64,000 bases of DNA from assembly GCA_965204735.1 (NCBI GenBank), contig OZ242008.1:3008001-3072000 (forward strand), in the 5' to 3' direction. The position numbers were made by a program, and so were the translations under genes. Each line of letters opens with the position of its first letter. Within the stretch, counting starts at the first letter, position 1. Shown here piece after piece: positions 58,311 through 64,000 of this stretch. The DNA comes from Longimicrobiales bacterium (GTDB lineage: Bacteria > Gemmatimonadota > Gemmatimonadetes > Longimicrobiales > Gaopeijiaceae). The notes under the pieces were generated by a model. It had not been told where the DNA came from. It ran no database searches and saw only the letters and a list, made by a program, of their open reading frames with translations.

Positions 58311-60986
58311 GTGAACCGTCGCGCCTTCCGCACCCCCGTCGCCCGCGCGGCGATCGACCAGGCGGCCGGCCGCGCCGTCTGGTCGATCGCAGCCGTCGCT
58401 CTCGCCGCTGCACTCGTCCACGCGCCGCGAGCGGCATCGCAGGAGGTCCAGGCCCAGTCCCGGGCGCAGCCCCAGGCCGCCGCCCAGCCGGCCAACTACG
58501 AACTCGCCGCCCGCTTCGCCCCCTACAAGATCCGGGAGATGGTGGGCTCCACCCGCGTCCAGCCCCGCTGGATCGAGGACACCGACCGGTTCTGGTACGA
58601 ATGGGAGACTTCCGAAGGGAAGCGCTTCTTCCTCGTCGACCCGGCCCGAGGCGCCAAGACGGAGATCTTCGACAACGACCGGATCGCGGCCGAGCTGACG
58701 CGAATCACCAGAGACCCGTGGGACGGCAAGCACCTGCCCATCCGAGCCATTCGCTTCGTCGACGACAACGTTCTCCACTTCGACGTGACCTCTTCGCAGG
58801 ACGAAGAAGTCGACGAGGACGACGAGATGAACGAAGAGGACCAGGAAGAGGACCAGGACGAAGAGCGCGGGAACCGAAGCCGGCCCCGCACCCGCAAGAA
58901 GGTGCACCACTTCGAGTACGACGTGACCGCGCGCGCGCTCCGGGAGCTGGAGGACTACGAAGCGCCCGACAACCACCCCGGCTGGGCCGGCGTCTCGCCC
59001 GACACGGCGTGGGTCGTCTTCAGCCGCGAGTTCAACTTGTGGATGATGAGCTACGAGGAGTACGAGAATATCCTCGAAGCCCGCCGAGGCAAGTCCGGCG
59101 ACGAGGCCGACGAGGCGGAAGAGGAAGTCGAGGTGGAGGAAGTGCAGCTGACGACCGACGGCATCAAGGACTTCGCCTACGGCTTCCAGGGTCGGGGCGA
59201 CAACGACGAGGAGACCGAGAAGGAGTTCGAGAAGCGGCAGAGGGCAGGCGCGACGTGGTCCCACGATTCCCGCTACTTCGCCCTGACTCGTCAGGACCGG
59301 CGGGAGGTCGCCGAGCTCTGGGTCGTGCACGCGGTGGGCGCCAAGCGTCCCCAGCTCGAGTCGTACAAGTACGACATGCCGGGCGAAGAGGACGTGACTC
59401 AGACCACTCTCTGGGTCTACGACGTGGAGTCGAGGGAGATCGCGCAGATCGACGACGAGCCGTGGAAGGACCAGCGCATGGGGATCTTCAACGACCCCGC
59501 AAGCGGCGGTCGGTTCTTCTTCTTCGGTCGGAGCGGCGGCGGCGGTTCCGACGAGCCTCGGATCACGAAGTGGCTGTCGGACCGATCCGACGAGCTGTAC
59601 TTCTGGCGGCGCAGCCGAGATCAGCACCGGGTGGACGTGCTGCGAGCCGACCCGGCGACCGGCGACGTGGAGGTCGTCGTCGAGGAGCGGCTGAACACGT
59701 ACGTCGAGCACCAGTCCCCCCGTCGGCTGGCGGGAGGCGACCTGATCTGGTGGTCGGAGCGCGACGGCTGGGCGCACCTCTACCGCTACGCGCCCGACGG
59801 AAGCGTGCGCGCCAGGCTCACCGAAGGACCGTGGCACGTGGACGCGGTCTTGGGGGTCGACGAGGAACGGGGGCACGTCCTCTTCCGGGCCAACGGCCGG
59901 GAGGCGGGAGAAGACCCCTACTACATGCACGCCTACAGGGTGGGGCTGGACGGCAGCGGGCTCGCCCTGCTGAACCCGGGCGACTTCGACCATCAAGTCG
60001 TCGCGTCCGAGTCGGCGCGCTACTTCGTGGACAACTACTCGCGGGTGAACACGACGCCGGCGTCGGCGCTCTTCGACGCGACCGGACGCAGGATCATGGA
60101 CCTGGAGGTGGCCGACCTGTCGCGGCTCGAGGCGGCCGGGTACGTCTTTCCCGAGCCCTACGCGGTCAAGGCCGACGACGGCGTGACCGACCTGTACGGA
60201 GTGGTCTACAAGCCTTACGACTTCGATCCCTCGCGGAAGTACCCCATCGTCGCGTACGTCTACCCCGGGCCCCAGACCGAGTCGGTCTCCAAGTCGTTTT
60301 CGCTAAACCCCTACGAGCAGGGCTTGGCCCAGTTCGGATTCGTCGTGGTGACGGTGGGCAACCGGGGCGGCCACCCGGACCGCTCCAAGTGGTACCACAA
60401 CTACGGCTACGGCAACCTTCGGGACTACGGTCTGGCGGACAAGAAGGCGGCGATCGAGCAGCTGGCGGACCGCCACGACTTCGTCGACATCGGTCGGGTG
60501 GGGATCTACGGCCACTCGGGAGGCGGCTTCATGTCCACGGCGGCGATGCTCGTCTACCCCGACTTCTTCAAGGTCGCCGTCTCGTCGTCGGGGAACCACG
60601 ACAACGACGTGTACAACCTCAACTGGTCCGAGAAGCACGACGGGGTCAAGGAAGTGAAGGACTCGACGGGCGCGGTGACCGGCTTCGAGTACGACATCGA
60701 CAAGAACTCGGAGCTGGCCGCGAACCTCAAGGGCCGGCTGCTGCTGACGACGGGCGACGTGGACAGCAACGTTCACCACGCCGGCACCTTTCGCATGGCC
60801 GAGGCGCTGATCCGAGCCAACAAGCGCTTCGACTTCTTCGTCTTTCCAGGCCAGCGCCACGGGTACGGCGCCATGAGCGACTACTGGTTCTGGCTGCGCG
60901 CCGAGTACTTCGTGAAGCACCTGCTGGGCGACGACACGTGGAGCGCCGACGTTCTGGAGCTGCAGGTGGAACGGCCGAAGGGCTGA
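58311..60986 (+). CDS. Dipeptidyl peptidase IV-like (S9B) peptidase
   Basis: RBS GGAGG, SERDGWAHLY, YVYPGPQ, GIYGHSGGG, GDVDSNVH, QRHGYG. Confidence 0.93.
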   Translation: MNRRAFRTPVARAAIDQAAGRAVWSIAAVALAAALVHAPRAASQEVQAQSRAQPQAAAQPANYELAARFAPYKIREMVGSTRVQPRWIEDTDRFWYEWETSEGKRFFLVDPARGAKTEIFDNDRIAAELTRITRDPWDGKHLPIRAIRFVDDNVLHFDVTSSQDEEVDEDDEMNEEDQEEDQDEERGNRSRPRTRKKVHHFEYDVTARALRELEDYEAPDNHPGWAGVSPDTAWVVFSREFNLWMMSYEEYENILEARRGKSGDEADEAEEEVEVEEVQLTTDGIKDFAYGFQGRGDNDEETEKEFEKRQRAGATWSHDSRYFALTRQDRREVAELWVVHAVGAKRPQLESYKYDMPGEEDVTQTTLWVYDVESREIAQIDDEPWKDQRMGIFNDPASGGRFFFFGRSGGGGSDEPRITKWLSDRSDELYFWRRSRDQHRVDVLRADPATGDVEVVVEERLNTYVEHQSPRRLAGGDLIWWSERDGWAHLYRYAPDGSVRARLTEGPWHVDAVLGVDEERGHVLFRANGREAGEDPYYMHAYRVGLDGSGLALLNPGDFDHQVVASESARYFVDNYSRVNTTPASALFDATGRRIMDLEVADLSRLEAAGYVFPEPYAVKADDGVTDLYGVVYKPYDFDPSRKYPIVAYVYPGPQTESVSKSFSLNPYEQGLAQFGFVVVTVGNRGGHPDRSKWYHNYGYGNLRDYGLADKKAAIEQLADRHDFVDIGRVGIYGHSGGGFMSTAAMLVYPDFFKVAVSSSGNHDNDVYNLNWSEKHDGVKEVKDSTGAVTGFEYDIDKNSELAANLKGRLLLTTGDVDSNVHHAGTFRMAEALIRANKRFDFFVFPGQRHGYGAMSDYWFWLRAEYFVKHLLGDDTWSADVLELQVERPKG

Positions 60987-61005
60987 GGATCAGGAGGAAG
61001 CCGGC

Positions 61006-62736
61006 CTACTGCCACGGCGCCAGCTCGAGCCTCGCGTCCAGCCGCGCCTTGCGGCCTTGGCCGTCTTCCTCCTTCACCGGTCGCCCTCGCCTGTCGTAGA
61101 CCCGCACCCGAAGCTCCGCCGACTCCCGGTCCACGGTCAGGTGCGAGAAGTTGTCCTCCTGGGAGAAGTTCCAGGCCCGGTAGTCCATCGACACGGCGCG
61201 GCCCTGGGAGTCCTCGAAGCCGAAGGTGTCTTCCTGGCCCTCGGCCCGTGAGTCGTGCACGAAGTCCGAGGGCTCGCCGTCGGCGAAGGGGAACGGCCAG
61301 TAGAACGCCGACGAGGTCACGGAGAACGCCTTGATCCGCTCCGCCTCGGGCGTGCCCGTCAGGAAGAGCTCGGCCACGTTGCAGCAGTGGATGTCGCCCG
61401 AGAGGAAGACGACGTTCTGGATGCCGGCGTCCACCACCCGACGCAGGATCGCAGCCCGGGTGGCGGGAAACGCGGGCCAGCCGTCGCTCTCCTCCAGCGC
61501 CTCCGGCCAACTCTCGGCCATGGCCGTGCGGGCCGACATGGGGTTGGGCGCGAAGACGCCGGAGGTCACGACGAACTTGGGCACGTTCCCCCTTTCGCCC
61601 TGCTGCTCGTCCAGCCAGTCGAGGAGCCGCTTGAGCTGGCCGGGAGGCGCGCCGGGCAAGGTCGGGCGGCCCAGCAGGTTGTTCCGAGCCAGGTCGCCCT
61701 TGGGACCCTCGACGAAGCGCTGGGTGCGGGTGTCGAGAACGAAGAACGGGAAGCCGCCGCAGTCGAAGCGGTAGTAGAGCCGGCGTCCCCACGTCCGCGG
61801 CCCGTGGCTCCACTGATAGCTGAGGTAGGCGTCCACGGCGATGGTGAAGAGCTGGTACTTGGCCGAGCGGCGGAGCCTGTCCTGGGACCAGTTGTCCTCG
61901 ATCTCGTGGTCGTCGAGGATCATGTAGGTGGGGAGCCGCTGCATGAGGCGGCGGACGTTGGGCGACGCGAAGGCGGTCAGGTAGCGGTCCCGAAACTCCC
62001 GGTAGGTGTCGGCCCGGCCGAAGGGAATGACCTTGTTGAAGAGGTCGGCGTAGATCTGGTCGCCCACCATGAGGACGAAGCGCGGCCGGTCCTCGGGGGC
62101 GTCGGCGGGAGCGAGGGCGTCGGCGTCGGAGGCAACGGCGTCGGAGGCGGCGCGGTCGACGCGGCAGGGCAGCCCTTCGGCCAGGCGGGCCATGGGGGCG
62201 AAGATGCGGTCCGAGTGGCGCACCTTCCACAGCAGGCCCGGGTAGCGGCACGAGCCCAGAAGGAAGCTGACGCGGCCGCACTCTCGGCCCTCGGCGGGGA
62301 ACGTCCGCACGACGGCGCCGGCCTTGGCCGGGTCGAGTCGGGCCAGGTCTTCGCGCCACGCGCTGGAGTGCGGGAGCCTTCGCAGGAGCTCGTCGCTCTC
62401 GAACTCGTCGTCGTCGTCCAAGGCGTCGTCGAGGACCAGGCAGCCGACTCGGACCTCGTACTCGGCGTCGGGCTCCAGGGCGAGGTCCGTGTCCGCGCCC
62501 AAGTTGATGCTGCCGCTGCGGTCGAACTCCCGGCGGAGGCGGAAGTAGGCGGTGAAGACTGGGTCGAGGGGCTCGCCGTCCTTGGACAGCACGCCGACGA
62601 CGCCCATGGTGCGACGGGCGGCGCCGGGATGGTCTCCGCCGTCGGTCTCCGGGTCCGCCCGCACCCAGACGCGGCTGGTGGTGTCGGTCGTGTGCCCGAC
62701 GATGGGGCCGAGCCCGGGCAGGCGAAGTGCGGCCAT
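61006..62736 (-). CDS. Alkaline phosphatase D (PhoD)-family metallophosphatase
   Basis: GPIVGH, GSC, GDQIYAD, DDHEIEDNW, LDTR, LSGDIH. Confidence 0.88.
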   Translation of the reverse strand: MAALRLPGLGPIVGHTTDTTSRVWVRADPETDGGDHPGAARRTMGVVGVLSKDGEPLDPVFTAYFRLRREFDRSGSINLGADTDLALEPDAEYEVRVGCLVLDDALDDDDEFESDELLRRLPHSSAWREDLARLDPAKAGAVVRTFPAEGRECGRVSFLLGSCRYPGLLWKVRHSDRIFAPMARLAEGLPCRVDRAASDAVASDADALAPADAPEDRPRFVLMVGDQIYADLFNKVIPFGRADTYREFRDRYLTAFASPNVRRLMQRLPTYMILDDHEIEDNWSQDRLRRSAKYQLFTIAVDAYLSYQWSHGPRTWGRRLYYRFDCGGFPFFVLDTRTQRFVEGPKGDLARNNLLGRPTLPGAPPGQLKRLLDWLDEQQGERGNVPKFVVTSGVFAPNPMSARTAMAESWPEALEESDGWPAFPATRAAILRRVVDAGIQNVVFLSGDIHCCNVAELFLTGTPEAERIKAFSVTSSAFYWPFPFADGEPSDFVHDSRAEGQEDTFGFEDSQGRAVSMDYRAWNFSQEDNFSHLTVDRESAELRVRVYDRRGRPVKEEDGQGRKARLDARLELAPWQ

Positions 62737-62861
62737 GGGTTCTCCGTTCGGTGCTGGCCAAGTGCGCAGTCTGCGGTTCTGGAACGATAAGCGATCCAGT
62801 GCGGGCCGGCCGATTCTCGACCACTGCAAGCCGACCGATTTCTTGAAGCGGCGATCCACCT

Positions 62862-62910
62862 GTACTGCTGGGGCACGGCTCCCGAGTACCGCCGGGGCAC
62901 GGCTCCCGAG
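62862..62910. repeat. 24-bp tandem duplication (2 copies), intergenic
   Basis: TAC(T/C)GC(T/C)GGGGCACGGCTCCCGAG twice. Confidence 0.8.
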
Positions 62911-63114
62911 ACGGACCGTGTCCCTTGTCGAGACTGACCGCGCCCCTCGTCCGGGTCCGTCGAGGCGGCGAAGTCCATTGCGCCCCCGCCGATACGAACC
63001 GATTGTGTTTCGTTTCGCCACTCCGAAGCCGCCATGGGCCGACTCCCCGGCGCCGCCCAATCGCCTTGACGCTGGCGGACCCGCCTCTCCCCGTGCCTGC
63101 CGACCTCCACATCG

Positions 63115-63294
63115 ATGAGTCGCTACGTCCTCGCCGCCCTCCTCTGCGCCCTGTCGGCGAACGCTCCCCTGGCCGCCGGCTCCGCCCAGACCGGCACCGA
63201 CGTCGCCCGCGCATGTCGAGAGAGCCACGAAGCCGAGATCGTCGCCATCGACCTCTGCGCGGAGATGCTGACGATGGCGCCGCCGATCTCGTGA
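63115..63294 (+). pseudogene. 59-aa head-plus-tail remnant of a secreted hydrolase (possibly an M20 peptidase)
   Basis: Signal peptide followed by ARACRESHEAEIV joined to AIDLCAEMLTM. Stop overlaps the next GTG. Confidence 0.4.
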
Positions 63295-64000
63295 GTTCGT
63301 CGGAAGCCGGCAGTTCGTCGGAAGCCGGAGGCGGCTCCCGCAGCCCCTGCTGGCGCTTCCGGGTCATGTCGCCGTCCGAAATCAACGAAAACCCCGTCCA
63401 GGGAGAGTTCTTCAGCGCCAACTTGCCCAAGCGCTTCGTCAGGGAGTCGATCCAGAACTCCTTGGACGCCGGGACCGGCGGGTCCGCTCCGGTGCGGGTC
63501 CGCTTTGCGATCAGCGGCGCCGACGGCTCGCTGGCGCCAACGCGGGCGGCGCGCTACCTGATCGGCCTTCGGCCGCACTTCGGCGCAGTGGTGGACGCCG
63601 CCGGCGCCCCGCGCAAGAACAAGCGGGAGCTGGAAGACCGAAAGGCCCTCTTCGACTGCCCCATGCCCTTCCTCGTCGTGGAGGACTTCGGCACGACGGG
63701 CCTTCGAGGCGACGTGCGCGCCAACGAACCGCAGGCCAAGGGCAACGACTTCTGGGGCTTGTTCCGAAGCGTCGGCATCTCGCCGAAGGAGCAGCACGCG
63801 GGCGGCTCGTGGGGTCTGGGCAAGTGGGTGTTTCCGGACGCCTCCAAGCTCAACGCGTTCATCGGCATCACTCGCCGGCAGGACGAGGACCAGCTGCTCC
63901 TCATGGGCCAGGCGATGCTGAAGCTGCACAAGCTGAACGGCAGGAAGTACTCGCACTACGGCTACTTCGCCGCGGCCTCGGACCAGCCCGACGAGGCGTG
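63291..64000 (+). CDS. GHKL/MORC-like ATPase-domain protein (runs off the window; absent from the ORF track)
   Basis: Open frame from GTG 63291 (alternative ATG 63366) with RESIQNSLDA, VEDFGTTGL and GGSWGLGK, matching GHKL motifs I-III. Confidence 0.8.
   Translation, partial: MSSSEAGSSSEAGGGSRSPCWRFRVMSPSEINENPVQGEFFSANLPKRFVRESIQNSLDAGTGGSAPVRVRFAISGADGSLAPTRAARYLIGLRPHFGAVVDAAGAPRKNKRELEDRKALFDCPMPFLVVEDFGTTGLRGDVRANEPQAKGNDFWGLFRSVGISPKEQHAGGSWGLGKWVFPDASKLNAFIGITRRQDEDQLLLMGQAMLKLHKLNGRKYSHYGYFAAASDQPDEA

Overview
High-GC bacterial chromosome segment. The gene content (SusC/SusD pair, Ig-like/LRR M8 metallopeptidase lipoproteins, S9/M19 peptidases, GH3) suggests a Gemmatimonadota-like organism; this is inference only. 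Positions 1-20.3 kb form a defence island. It opens with an ISL3 element whose right end is interrupted by an internally deleted IS1202-type element with a 17-bp target duplication. Then come a MADS MAD3-like ATPase and a complete three-gene Lamassu (ABC-3C) system with an HNH effector. The rest is a tandem, partly collapsed array of DUF499/DUF1156/SNF2 restriction-like operon units. Two DUF1156 adenine methyltransferases are near-identical in scaffold but differ in discrete internal segments, each has one +1 frameshift, and they share a single PLD-SNF2 helicase. Each unit carries different cargo, including an uncharacterised three-gene module ending in an MBL-fold hydrolase. Several lost genes survive as short in-frame head-plus-tail mini-ORFs that keep stop/start overlaps. 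Positions 20.4-63 kb are mostly backbone: GH3 hexosaminidase, Rieske oxygenase, three M8 peptidase paralogues (one catalytically dead), padR, peptidases, rpe, rpiA, aroF, a DegT aminotransferase, groES, mmuM, tRNA-Pro(GGG), SusC/D and PhoD. Oddities there include a perfect 47-bp ectopic copy of a gene fragment and a CRISPR-like 28/33-bp mini-array. The window ends inside a GHKL/MORC-like ATPase gene. Family assignments come from motif recognition by eye; no database search was run.
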